Source: Nitrospirota bacterium | GTDB lineage: Bacteria > Nitrospirota > UBA9217 | Assembly: GCA_963737155.1 (NCBI GenBank) | Contig: CAVTRN010000002.1 | Location: forward strand, 2,048,001-2,112,000 | Direction: 5' to 3' | Length of the DNA stretch: 64,000 bases | The notes under the pieces: model-generated | Databases searched by the model: none | Seen by the model: the letters and a program-made list of their open reading frames with translations, nothing else | What the model was told of the DNA's origin: nothing | In this document: one piece after another, positions 42,581 through 52,819 of the stretch | Numbering within the stretch: position 1 is the stretch's first letter | Layout of the letters: every line of letters begins with the position of its first letter | Position numbers and translations under genes: made by a program

Positions 42581-43241
42581 GTGCGGCTGTTCGCAGATTT
42601 GTTGACCGCAGCCGTTGTCTGCTCCGACACTCGGAGTTGCATGGGTACAAATGGGCGTGTTAGTTGCGCTGCCGCCTTCTGGACTGCCAGATTATGTTCA
42701 GTGCTGGGTTTTACCTCAGTGTGTTTTTATAAAAATCACCTTTAAAGCAGAAAATAGTTGACTTATTCGTTTAAATATATATGACAATCGAGAAGTCATC
42801 CTTTTATTGCGGGGAGGCGATACATACACGTGGACTATTTCATGACAGAAGCAATTTTAATAAATGTCAATTAACCGTGTTTCTTCGTTAGATCGGGATT
42901 CCACTCACTAGACTGGCTTTCCACGGTTGTCCGTATCCACACGTAAAAACCGTTGGGAATAACTTTGCTGCTCAATACCGTCAGCAGCCTTTTAAATCTG
43001 ACTACGTAAAGTCATGGTTTCGTCAATTTTAAATAGTGGTTCCGGAGGGCGCGCATATCGACAACAAACAAACGCCTTGTCGAATATAACAACAGTTGCT
43101 AAAATCGCAAGTAGCATTAACGGACAGACCATCGCGCCATCTAACCTCAAACGTTTCTAAAAAAATACTATATTTCTTGCTTTGCAAACCTTTCAAGCCT
43201 CAAGAAAATCGTGGCAGGGCGCACGTTTCCTCTGTCGGTCG

Positions 43242-45602
43242 TCAAAATAATTTGCTAATCCCCGCTAACCACCCAATCCGCGGCCCGTATTGAGGCGCAA
43301 ATACGCCGATTCCGGTTCCATCCCTGATTATGTTGATCTTGTTAAAAACGTTTATAACGCTCAAGCGCGCCTCCATGGGGCCGAAACTCCCCAATACAAA
43401 CTGACGCATCGCCCCGAGATTTACCTGAAAGTTGCTTGGCAGGACTACCTCATTCGCGAATCCACTCCGTAAGCCGCTTCCATAGGTGGCATCGGAACTG
43501 AGTAGAGTGCCCAACCAGTGGTAAGAAACACCAGCGGAAGCAGTATAATTCTGGTCGTGGTCCAAATGCACCCAGTTGTTAGCTATATAGTCCAACAATT
43601 CCTGACTAAAGTTAAACTGTGCAGACACAACATCTTTGGCCATAGTGACGGTGTGGGTAAGATTGACGTAAGTGGCAAAATTGCCGGGATGGTAGTTGCC
43701 GGTCAGCTCTACACCGTAGATTTTCCCCTGTGAATAATTGAAGGGGGTAAATATCAGGGCCTGGCCGAATTGGCCCTCATCGAACATATCCCTGACTATC
43801 TTGTAGTAGCCATCAATGCCGACGTTCAGGGAAGAGGTTATTCTCTGGGTTGCCCCGGCATCTAAATAATGGGACCGTTCCGGCAAAATTGGTGAATTCA
43901 TACCCGGCTGCGCATTTGACGTGTTAGCGAACAGGTCAAGTGTTTTTGTCGTTACCAGCTCAGTCGGCGGTGGTGTGAAGTACCGAGAATAGGCGGCGTG
44001 AAACGTGGTCTCCGTTGTCGCCTTGTATACCAGGCCCAAACGGGGACTCAGTTGACTGGCTTTAACAAAAGCGTCCATCTGGTCATATCGGAGGCCGTAA
44101 TTCACCGTCAATTTTTCTACCGGCTTCCATTCGTCCTGCAGATACAATGACAGAATGGTGTTGCCATTTTTCGGGTTGTTGTCCGTGATCGTATAGGGCG
44201 CGCCGGTAACGTTTCCATTGGCATCCACCGGGAAAACCGTTGACTTATTGTCGCTTATGATATCTTCGTTATTTGCAAAAAAACCCATCCGGACCGTGTT
44301 GGCATCGTTCAGATAGTAACTTCCGTCACCCTGTAAACCGATACTGAGACTGCTGCGAAATACATCAGATGCAACTCCCTCAAAAACAAGGTCACCGATG
44401 ATGTCAGGCGTATAATGGACGCTCGAGTAATGAGTGAAAAGGGATAATTGGTAATCGAAGTTTGTATCGATGGAGCTTTGTAGAGCAACAATTCCATAAC
44501 GATTGGTTTCATACTGATTCTCGTTCAATGAGGCAGAATTGATGCCGGTGAGTCCTACTCCGGCCAGGTAGTCCGGATTGGGAGTTCGTCCCGGAATATT
44601 TGGAATTTGAAACCGACCATCGTAACTGCCGAACATCAGACTTAACCGAGTTGAGGGATCGATGAGGTACGATAAATACGCGAAGCCCTTTCCTTGATCC
44701 GTATGGTCATGGATCGCGCTGGGGCTGGAGGTGGGGTTTTCGATGCCCAAGTTGTCCTCCAGGTAGGAACCGGTCACATAGTAAGTCATATTCCCTTTAG
44801 AACCACCTAACTCGAAGCTCGGTTCCAAGGTGTTGTTGCTTCCTCCGAATAGATTGATGCGACCCCCCGTCTCATAGTTAGTCTTGGTTTCAATTTCGAA
44901 CACTCCCGCTGTCCGGAGACCGTATTGGGCTGGCAGAGCGCCGGTCAAGAGATCGATCTGCTTGGCAAAGCGGGTGTCCAGTTCCTGACCGAATCCCGTG
45001 ACCCCCTCAGGCAGGATAACACCGTTAATGCGGTACTGAATATTATTTTCGTCACCCCGCACATGCAAATGGCCGAACGAGTCATTGACCACGCCGGGTG
45101 CCTGGAGTGCTACCTTGTTGAATTGTGTATTATCCCCCCCAGCTAAGATTTCAATATCATTCTGGTCCCAACGGTACTCGCTGCCGCCCGTCTTTGGTGA
45201 TAAGCTGTTTCTAGCCTGGTTCAAGCGCTCCGACTCAACCGACACCTCAAGTGCTTTCTTGGCGGCCATGGTTAACGTCGTACTGGCGATCGTTCCGGCT
45301 TCAACCATCACCTTGCTGGTGCTTCCTTGAAAGCCCGTTTTTTCAGCCACGACTGCATAGATGCCTGGCGTTACATTCGAAAACATGAAATGGCCGTCGG
45401 CATCACTCAGACTTTTGCCCATAATAACACTATCGGGTGATTTCAGTATCAGACTTGCCCCCGATAGTGGTCTTCCCAAGGCATCATTGATCGTACCCTG
45501 GATTTCATCAGTAGAACCAGGGGCAGCATATACGACGGCCGATATTATGATAGAAAGAGCAAGTACCAATGTAGAGAACGTTAAAACCTTAAGTGTTCGC
45601 AT
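43242..45602 (-). CDS. TonB-dependent receptor with an N-terminal carboxypeptidase-regulatory-like domain
   Basis: 786 aa; plug APGV...HVRG...YRING..LP, GALPAQYG, YLQDEW, LSPRLG; C-terminal Phe. Confidence 0.93.
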   Translation of the reverse strand: MRTLKVLTFSTLVLALSIIISAVVYAAPGSTDEIQGTINDALGRPLSGASLILKSPDSVIMGKSLSDADGHFMFSNVTPGIYAVVAEKTGFQGSTSKVMVEAGTIASTTLTMAAKKALEVSVESERLNQARNSLSPKTGGSEYRWDQNDIEILAGGDNTQFNKVALQAPGVVNDSFGHLHVRGDENNIQYRINGVILPEGVTGFGQELDTRFAKQIDLLTGALPAQYGLRTAGVFEIETKTNYETGGRINLFGGSNNTLEPSFELGGSKGNMTYYVTGSYLEDNLGIENPTSSPSAIHDHTDQGKGFAYLSYLIDPSTRLSLMFGSYDGRFQIPNIPGRTPNPDYLAGVGLTGINSASLNENQYETNRYGIVALQSSIDTNFDYQLSLFTHYSSVHYTPDIIGDLVFEGVASDVFRSSLSIGLQGDGSYYLNDANTVRMGFFANNEDIISDNKSTVFPVDANGNVTGAPYTITDNNPKNGNTILSLYLQDEWKPVEKLTVNYGLRYDQMDAFVKASQLSPRLGLVYKATTETTFHAAYSRYFTPPPTELVTTKTLDLFANTSNAQPGMNSPILPERSHYLDAGATQRITSSLNVGIDGYYKIVRDMFDEGQFGQALIFTPFNYSQGKIYGVELTGNYHPGNFATYVNLTHTVTMAKDVVSAQFNFSQELLDYIANNWVHLDHDQNYTASAGVSYHWLGTLLSSDATYGSGLRSGFANEVVLPSNFQVNLGAMRQFVLGSFGPMEARLSVINVFNKINIIRDGTGIGVFAPQYGPRIGWLAGISKLF

Positions 45603-46068
45603 TGCGCTATCCTTAGATTCTTAATGAAGGTGAACAGCTTTTAGAATTTCATTACGCGGGCTGATAAATAGTTGTTCGGCGCGAACTCTCCCCGCTTTTA
45701 TCTACAGGTACTTCGTGGATAAGTTTTTATTAACACAAATGAATGGATTGATTTCTTTATTGAAAGCTCGGCGTGATTTCCTCGAAATCCGTAAACTATT
45801 GCGGAAAATTAAGAAGGCAACTTTCCTTCAATATCAATGTAATATCCTTTTTACAAGGCTTTCTAAAACATCCTGCCCGCCCTTGTTCTTTTTGGGTCCT
45901 AGAATTTTTAATACCCTTCCGCTCTGCTGCGGGGCAATTCACTAACAGGATTTTTTAACTCGTTTTTCGTGCTTTAGAGCTTTTTGTTCATGCATTTGTT
46001 CCTATGTCAAGGATTTTTACTCATATATCTCATGCTAGCGTGCTGCTTCGCTAATGATTCGGAATATG

Positions 46069-47217
46069 TCATTTTGCCTGCACCACGAATGGGCACTCTG
46101 GATCGGATGCGTAGAAATTTCCGGCGACGAACCCGGCAACGGCACGGCAGCCGCCCTTGCATATACCAAAATAATCACATGAACGACAGGGCTCAGTGGC
46201 ACGATTGGTCCAGGTGCGCAAGAGTGACAGATGTTCTGAACTGCTCCACAGCCGTGGTAGCTCAAAAATACTTTCCTCACTCTTTAAGAAGGAGCAACCA
46301 GCGAATCTGCCATCGGAACGAACCCCCACGAGGACGTTACCAGCCTCACAGCCGTAAACAGAGAACTGCTCCATTATTGTCTTGTCCGGCCGGTGCCAAC
46401 AGAACATCGGGACAAATGAACAGTCAATTTTCGCCGGGATCCCGGATTCCTGAGAAAGACGTCGGATCATCGGATAGAATTCCCGGTTCTGAGTCGGCGT
46501 TAATCGTCTTTCAAAATAGTCGTGTATCCCCCTTCCCGAAGGTTTGAGGCGCAGCAGTTCCACATCAGCAAGCCTGCGTTCCCTGGCAAAGGTGAACAAC
46601 TCGTTCAGTTGATTGAAGCTCTGCCGGGTAACAACGCAGTTCAAACCAACATTGACACCCTCCTCCATAAGCATATCCACGCACTGTATTGCAGCTGTAA
46701 GAGCAACGGGGCTCCGACCAGATTCCTCGAAACCGGCAGTGCTATCTATGCTGACGTTTACCTGACCAAAAATACAGCATTTTGCGGCGTTTTCTCTGGT
46801 CATTAGGACGCCGTTCGTCGTCAGGTTGGGAACTATGCCGCGAGCCCGTACATAGGAGGCTAATTCAAATAAATCAGGGCGCTCCAGCGCCTCTCCGCCA
46901 CCTAAAGCCATATGGAACACACCCATCCCTGCCAGCATGTCGACAGCTTTGCGAAACTCTTCAGCCGACAGTTCGCCCGCGTCCTTTTTTCCAGAATCCA
47001 TATAGCAGTGTCCGCAATGGAGGGAACAAGCGTTGGTCACGGAAAAATGAACCTCCAGCGGAGCAGTGAGATATTGGGTCTCCGGTTTGTCCCATATCGG
47101 GCTGGACTCGTAGCCTAAACTGCGCATGAATTCCCGGTCCACATGCACCAGCATCGGCGGATTTTCCAGACCCAGAATTCCTCCGAATGACTCAAACCGA
47201 TGTTTCATAATGTTCAT
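46069..47217 (-). CDS. Radical SAM/SPASM-domain protein
   Basis: CSLHCGHC (CxxxCxxC), GGGE; SPASM CEAG...DG...GC and CRSCDYFGICKGGCR...DPECP; GGAGG RBS. Confidence 0.93.
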   Translation of the reverse strand: MNIMKHRFESFGGILGLENPPMLVHVDREFMRSLGYESSPIWDKPETQYLTAPLEVHFSVTNACSLHCGHCYMDSGKKDAGELSAEEFRKAVDMLAGMGVFHMALGGGEALERPDLFELASYVRARGIVPNLTTNGVLMTRENAAKCCIFGQVNVSIDSTAGFEESGRSPVALTAAIQCVDMLMEEGVNVGLNCVVTRQSFNQLNELFTFARERRLADVELLRLKPSGRGIHDYFERRLTPTQNREFYPMIRRLSQESGIPAKIDCSFVPMFCWHRPDKTIMEQFSVYGCEAGNVLVGVRSDGRFAGCSFLKSEESIFELPRLWSSSEHLSLLRTWTNRATEPCRSCDYFGICKGGCRAVAGFVAGNFYASDPECPFVVQAK

Positions 47218-47231
47218 CCCTTCTCCTCCAT

Positions 47232-47426
47232 CTAACTGACGAGCGATTCATCCGGTTTTTCCGCTTGCACCTGATCATGAATATTTGCCGCACTGAGAAT
47301 GGCAGCAAGAGTATTAAAAAGGACCGTCATAGCGGCCCCAGCGGTGAAGAAGACTATTACATCCATGCCGATACTGCTGGAATTCGGATTATAGCCTGTC
47401 TTGATCTTCAGAATTTTTCCTTTCAT
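47232..47426 (-). CDS. 64-aa peptide with KILKIKTGYNPNSSS motif and one TM helix; candidate rSAM substrate or partner
   Basis: AAGGAAGG RBS; stop codon 14 nt before the rSAM start. Confidence 0.8.
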   Translation of the reverse strand: MKGKILKIKTGYNPNSSSIGMDVIVFFTAGAAMTVLFNTLAAILSAANIHDQVQAEKPDESLVS

Positions 47427-47507
47427 TTGTCTACCTTCCTTTAAGATTTTCAGTTTGTTTCCAACATCTTTGTAGCTCTTTTCTCCTACTCATAGTCCAC
47501 TGGTCTG

Positions 47508-48635
47508 TTAAAGATGAAACAAACCTTCCGCCCAGTCGCTGTACGTATCTGCAAATACGTCCATTATTTGGGGACCATTCGGCTGATGGATAATAATGAG
47601 ATAGAATATCGCTGTAGTCATCAGCAGGGTGAGGACGGGACTGAGCCAGCGCAATGCCCTCTTCCGGGTCTGCCAGATCTTTCCCCTAGTCAGAAGGATC
47701 AGCCAAAGAAGGACTGTCAGGTTGAGGCATGCTGCTATGTAGATCACCGTGCCAGAGATTTTGATTGGATCGCCCGCGTTCTCTAAATTATAGAATGTCG
47801 GCATTTTGATTGCGATCAGCAGCGCCCACAGGAAAGCGAATATAAGGTAATTTATGATTGAGTTTCGGGTAAGCTGTTGCCAGGGCTTCATTAGAAGAAC
47901 CGCAACCCACAGCACAATCACAACCCCCCACGCAATCCATCCCCAAGCCGATGTCTCTTCCCAGTAGCGACCGGCTATATTGTAGGCCACCGTGTCATTC
48001 GTAGAGAGTTTCTTTTCGTCATCCCCGGCAAGAGTCTTAAAAGCGAGATAGCTTTGCCTTCGCTTGTCCATGCGGGCATAGGCATATCCCAATTCACTCT
48101 GTATTTTGTCCCTTAAAAGAAAATCGGGGTGTTTTTTTAGCAACGCCTCGAACTTTTTTACCATGGTTTCATCGCTCTGATTGCTGAAGCGAATATCTTG
48201 ATATATCTTGAAAGCCTCCTCCTGTTGCATCAGTTTTTCGAGAGAAGCTATCTTATCGCGGTAAAATGAGGCCTGCCGAAAGTCGGCGTATTTATCCAGG
48301 TATTCGCGGTCCCATGTAATAGCCTTTTTAATATCTACAATGTTGTTTTCATACAAGGTTCCCAACATCTGTACTGCATATCGGCGTGCTTGGCTCTCAG
48401 GATGTTTCTCGGCAATTTCCAGGTCAATAGCCGCGGCGTCGGAATAGCGACTATTGAGAAATGCATCTTGTGCCTTCTGTTTCAATTCGTTTGTTGCCGG
48501 GCCGTCTTGAGCTGTATATCCGTTAATAGGGATCAAAAACACGGAGCCAGAAAGCAAAACAATAAGCAATAGAATAAGCTTAATCCACTGAAGCATTGCA
48601 AGTTTGAGCGATGATATAATTGTTAGGTTTGACAT
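47508..48635 (-). CDS. TPR-like periplasmic domain protein with four C-terminal TM helices
   Basis: N-terminal signal/anchor; KHPESQARRYAVQMLG.LY and KKHPDF...ELGYAY helical repeats; hydrophobic C-terminal third. Confidence 0.75.
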   Translation of the reverse strand: MSNLTIISSLKLAMLQWIKLILLLIVLLSGSVFLIPINGYTAQDGPATNELKQKAQDAFLNSRYSDAAAIDLEIAEKHPESQARRYAVQMLGTLYENNIVDIKKAITWDREYLDKYADFRQASFYRDKIASLEKLMQQEEAFKIYQDIRFSNQSDETMVKKFEALLKKHPDFLLRDKIQSELGYAYARMDKRRQSYLAFKTLAGDDEKKLSTNDTVAYNIAGRYWEETSAWGWIAWGVVIVLWVAVLLMKPWQQLTRNSIINYLIFAFLWALLIAIKMPTFYNLENAGDPIKISGTVIYIAACLNLTVLLWLILLTRGKIWQTRKRALRWLSPVLTLLMTTAIFYLIIIHQPNGPQIMDVFADTYSDWAEGLFHL

Positions 48636-48739
48636 TTATCAGCCTCTACCTTCGCGAATTCTGAAATACTACTTTTTCATGCAGAAATATTACAAAGAAT
48701 ATTTTTTTACTGCGAAGTAACAATAAGTTTTATTTGAGA

Positions 48740-49190
48740 AAGGGTTGTTGTTCGTTCTAGGTATATCGAGTTCATTTTCTATACGTGGCGCATTAAATTT
48801 AATTGCGCATATCTGCGCACTATTTCATGGCCTGATATCCATTCCCAGAATCTTGATATCATTCACCGCACAGCATCCTCAAGCATCGGGAAATTTCCGT
48901 TATGCAGGCAGGTCTTTTATCAGGGCTGTCCGGCGGCAGATAATCCAACATGAATTAAAGGTGCCTGTTAACTCATCTAATCTGCATGGAGCTTATCATG
49001 ATGTTATTTGGCATTATTTATTATTACAACGACGCGATGACCGTTTCGGGAAATTGTCCTTCTTGAGGTGTTCAAAATATGTGGAACGTCATGCGTTCAA
49101 CTTTAACTATCCTCTCTCTGAAAACTAATTTTTCGTCACGCAGACGGATAGAGCTTAAAATATCCCAGGCTCTTGCAAGTGGTATGGTTC
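48740..49190 (-). pseudogene. Possible heavily decayed REP-associated tyrosine transposase (RAYT)
   Basis: Correctly ordered fragments PGIF*ALSVCVTKN, IMPNNI (cf. IMPNHIH) and IENELD...NNNP; many stops. Confidence 0.3.
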
Positions 49191-49269
49191 AACAATGATT
49201 ATTTTTTTTGAAGATCATGCTGCCTTTTTTGATGTTGCGACCCTTTATGTGACGACGAGCACTCTAGCA

Positions 49270-49512
49270 CAAAACTATTTCATGGAACTGTTACCGCCTC
49301 ATTTGCAGAGTACGTGATATATCTTCATAATCCCCTCACTGTAACCGTTCCTTTACAGAATTGGTCTTCGGAAACGGCGAGACGAATCCGATGTTTCAGA
49401 TTTCTGTCACTGTAACAAATGAATGTTTCAATATTATGAAAATATTGTTACATTTTTATCATACTAAATTTGGCAAATTACACACCGGTTTCTTGCGATA
49501 TCAATCAGATGC
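49270..49512. repeat. Dispersed ~245-bp intergenic repeat, copy 1
   Basis: Colinear with 55832-56072 (shared blocks AACTATTTCAT, CTGTTACCGC, ATCTTCATAATCC, ATGAATGTTTCA, TATTATGAAAATAT, GTTACATTTTTATCAT, GTTTCTTGC.ATATCAAT). Confidence 0.85.
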
Positions 49513-49912
49513 TTCAATACGCTTTCTAAACTTCTGGCTTACGTCATATTCTGAGTAAGCGGTTGTTCTTCCATGAATTGCAGATTCACTTTTCACTGGG
49601 CATTAGCGACCATATGGAGGGTGACTCCCAATTCAACGCAAGGTGAGTACGAAGTCATGTCACCCAAAAGACGACTAATCTCGAGACAAAAAATCACCCG
49701 GCCAACTGGCAATACTCAATTTTAGTCAGTAATCATACCGATATTCTTCTGAATGATGGGTTTCACCTGTAATTCAGAAATAATGGTTGATGTCCCGATT
49801 ATATTCAATGGCTTCAAAATAAGGGAAATCGTTTTTTTATTCAATTTTTTTATAATATGGTTAATTAAATACAGATGCTTGCGCACAATAATCTCTCTTC
49901 TCATGTAATAAA

Positions 49913-49940
49913 AGAACAGGGGCCGGAAGGCCCCCGTTCT
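49913..49940 (-). terminator. Intrinsic terminator after the metallophosphoesterase gene
   Basis: AGAACAGGGGCC-ggaa-GGCCCCCGTTCT, followed by a T tract on the minus strand. Confidence 0.7.
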
Positions 49941-49973
49941 TTTATTCAAATTAGACATCCTCTATTTTACTGC

Positions 49974-51656
49974 CTATTCTTGTAATACCACTGGGTTAAT
50001 ATTGATTAGTTGATTGTTTGGGTTGCTGAACTGAACCGGTATGGTGATTGAATCGCCAGAGTTCAAACCGTTGGACGTAACCCTTATCATCGGTTCGCCG
50101 TTGTTAGAACCGGTTGCATTGGCCAGCGTTACAGTCGTGATTAGACCTGTGTTCTGGGCGATAATCGAGGTAGGTACTGGTTTAGCTGTGTTATACTGGG
50201 CATTTGCGGTGCCAATTCCTTGAAGATTAACCATGCCATCCAGAACAAGGTCAATCGTGCCGGTGAGAGAGGGGCCATTATTGGTGATGGTCATGGTGCC
50301 TGTAAAAAGCTTAGTAATACGGCTGTAAAGAAGACCACTGCCGGTCACGCTGACCTGTGGCGTTACATTAGTAAAGTGATTGAGGACAATCGTCTCAATC
50401 GGTGTAATGGTCGTAGGCTGAATCGCAGTTGTGCTCACGTTATTGACTTGGTAGGTGGTCATGGTGAGGCTTTCCCCCTCAACATCGAAAGTCATGAATT
50501 CGAAAGCCGGCCAGGCTGTGATTACGTGCGGGTAGCTCCCCTTATTAGTAAAGTCTGGCTGGTAAACAGGTGCGCCGCCGCCGCCGCTGGTGATGTGCGG
50601 CACATTCAGGGCAATTTCGTCGCCGTTTGCCTGGGCAAGGTTATAGGCACCCGTACGGGCATAATTGTGGCTGTGGCCGCAATAGACCAAATCCACATTA
50701 TACTGTGTTATGAAAGGTTCGAGCGCCCTCACAGTTGTGTTATCCGCATCGCTTCCAGCGGAATACGCCGGCTCGTGATATATGAGAATCTTCCACGCCT
50801 TGGTGGTCGTGGCGAGGTCGTTGATAAGCCAGTTGTACTGAGCAGAGCCAGGAGCAAAATTCGTGTATTCATCAACTACAGTAAAGTGGACCGGACCGTA
50901 ATCGAAGGACCAGTACAAGTTGTTATATGTCGCAGGAGTACCAGCCACAAGAGTTGCGTTCGGGTAAGGAAAAGGGAAGTACTTCGGGAAGGTCGTACTG
51001 TACCCATTTGGGTAAGATCCATCGTTGTCATGATTACCTTTGCACCCATTAATGGGCGTGTTCGCCGTGAAATTAACAATGTCCGTCTTGGTCGGATCGA
51101 ACCACTGAGTCGTCCAGTAGCTTTCACCGTCGCTGCTTACCCAGTCCCCATTGTGAATGGTCAGGCGCTGGTAATCCTGGTTGCCGGGCTGTGAATAAAA
51201 GTTCTGCATAGCAGCCATAATGCTATCCAGGGCAAAAGGTTGGCTTCTTGAGTCCCCCATGCCGAGAAATCTTACTGATGTTGCATTGTTAGCAGGCGCC
51301 GTGATGAACGATCCGCTGCCATAGACGGTGCTTGTGGTTGGGTTAGTCACCTGGTAGTAATATGTCGTATTCGGAGTCAGTCCGGTGATTGTGTACGTTT
51401 GCTGACTATTTACGGTGTCGGGGCCAAAAACAGCAGCCGTTGCGGTCCCACTGCTATAAGTCGTGTCAATGCCCCAACTAATGTTGTTCGATTCTCCTGT
51501 ATCATTGTTCTGCCAGACTACCTGCATTTCCGTATTAATCCCCGGGTAAATCAGGTAAGGACTTTTCAATATTCCGGCGAAAGCCGCCGTGCTGCACACG
51601 GCAATGGCCAGCACAAGAACCAAGCAACTCAATGCTTTTTTCGTCATGATATTCAT
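49974..51656 (-). CDS. Secreted purple-acid-phosphatase-like metallophosphoesterase (FN3 + calcineurin-like) with an extra C-terminal beta domain
   Basis: Signal peptide; GDSR, HNGDWV, GNHD, YWSFDYGPVHF, YHEPAY, GHSHNYAR. Confidence 0.88.
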   Translation of the reverse strand: MNIMTKKALSCLVLVLAIAVCSTAAFAGILKSPYLIYPGINTEMQVVWQNNDTGESNNISWGIDTTYSSGTATAAVFGPDTVNSQQTYTITGLTPNTTYYYQVTNPTTSTVYGSGSFITAPANNATSVRFLGMGDSRSQPFALDSIMAAMQNFYSQPGNQDYQRLTIHNGDWVSSDGESYWTTQWFDPTKTDIVNFTANTPINGCKGNHDNDGSYPNGYSTTFPKYFPFPYPNATLVAGTPATYNNLYWSFDYGPVHFTVVDEYTNFAPGSAQYNWLINDLATTTKAWKILIYHEPAYSAGSDADNTTVRALEPFITQYNVDLVYCGHSHNYARTGAYNLAQANGDEIALNVPHITSGGGGAPVYQPDFTNKGSYPHVITAWPAFEFMTFDVEGESLTMTTYQVNNVSTTAIQPTTITPIETIVLNHFTNVTPQVSVTGSGLLYSRITKLFTGTMTITNNGPSLTGTIDLVLDGMVNLQGIGTANAQYNTAKPVPTSIIAQNTGLITTVTLANATGSNNGEPMIRVTSNGLNSGDSITIPVQFSNPNNQLININPVVLQE

Positions 51657-51803
51657 CTCTTCTCCTTTTAGTCTATAAGTTTTACTGCTATAATTAATAC
51701 TTTTTACAATTGATGTTGCCTAAAAACATTTCACCCCCTTTCATGGATCATGGAACGGTCTTGCAGCAATAAATCAACTGCCGTTTTCACCGGATAAATC
51801 GCT

Positions 51804-52436
51804 CTACTCATTCAACTGCAAATTTTTAGCGTCAGTCAGGTTTGCCTTATGCAGTTCCGTCCCACTCAAATCCACCCCACTCATGTTCGCTCCGCTCAAG
51901 TCCGCTCCATTCAGATTGGCCTTACTCAAATCCGCTCCACTCAGGTCCGATCCGCTCAAGTTTGTCTTATTCAAGTTTGCGCCGCTTAAATCTACGCCGC
52001 TCAGGTTCGCACCGCTCAAGTTCATTTCACTCAGGTTCGCACCGCTCAATTTTGTTCCATTCATATTCATTCCGCTCAAATCCACTCCGCTCAAGTTCGC
52101 CCCACTAAGATTCGCTCCACTCATATTCGCCCCACTCAAGTCTATTCCCTTCATATTCGCTCTTCGCAAGTCCGCGCCCGTCAGATTTGCCCCATCCGCG
52201 TCAACTCCACTCAAGTTCGACTCAAACAAGTTAGCCCCGCTCAAATCGGCACCATTTAAATCCCGACCCTGCAGGTTCACCCCATTAAGTTCCGCCTCGC
52301 TCAGGTTACAATGCGGACATTGATTGGTTGCCCTCAAGGTGTCTAGATCAGTCTGCTCGAAGCCGTATACGACACTAACCGTCAGAAGTAAGCAAAGGCC
52401 GATTATCCCCAGCACCGCTCCAGTCCTTTTATTCAT
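51804..52436 (-). CDS. Exported pentapeptide-repeat protein
   Basis: Signal peptide, CPHCNLS, then about 30 A(D/N)LSG-type repeats. Confidence 0.93.
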   Translation of the reverse strand: MNKRTGAVLGIIGLCLLLTVSVVYGFEQTDLDTLRATNQCPHCNLSEAELNGVNLQGRDLNGADLSGANLFESNLSGVDADGANLTGADLRRANMKGIDLSGANMSGANLSGANLSGVDLSGMNMNGTKLSGANLSEMNLSGANLSGVDLSGANLNKTNLSGSDLSGADLSKANLNGADLSGANMSGVDLSGTELHKANLTDAKNLQLNE

Positions 52437-52819
52437 CGCCGTATCTCCTCATTAGATAAATCACTACTTTGAAATGGGATATTTAGTCACATATCCATCC
52501 ATGAAAGATTTCAATTATATTATCCTTCGGTCCTCAATTTCACCTCCCTATCAACAGTGATAAACTCACCCTCGTCCACCTCCACCTTTGGGTTTGACAG
52601 GACAATCTTGTCGTAATCTATTGATATGACCAGTGCCGACACACCGATGACGTTGCTACCCACCAAAAAAGACGATCGACTGCTTAAGAATTAGCATCAA
52701 AGAAGCGTTGATCGAGGTAGTGTACATAGCATGCAAAGAGCTGATTCACGGATACCTGCCGTTTTTATCTAGCTTTTTTCAACAAGGCCATGATAAAGTA
52801 ATTTCGCAGATTCCTTTCC

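Noticed and set aside
49275-49328. C-K-TGA-G-G in the mini-ORF as a second selenocysteine
   Set aside because: No SECIS-like hairpin downstream, and the paralog has Ile rather than Cys at that position
51830-52310. 15-bp periodic repeats and the long antisense ORF 51883-52323
   Set aside because: Explained by the pentapeptide-repeat coding sequence
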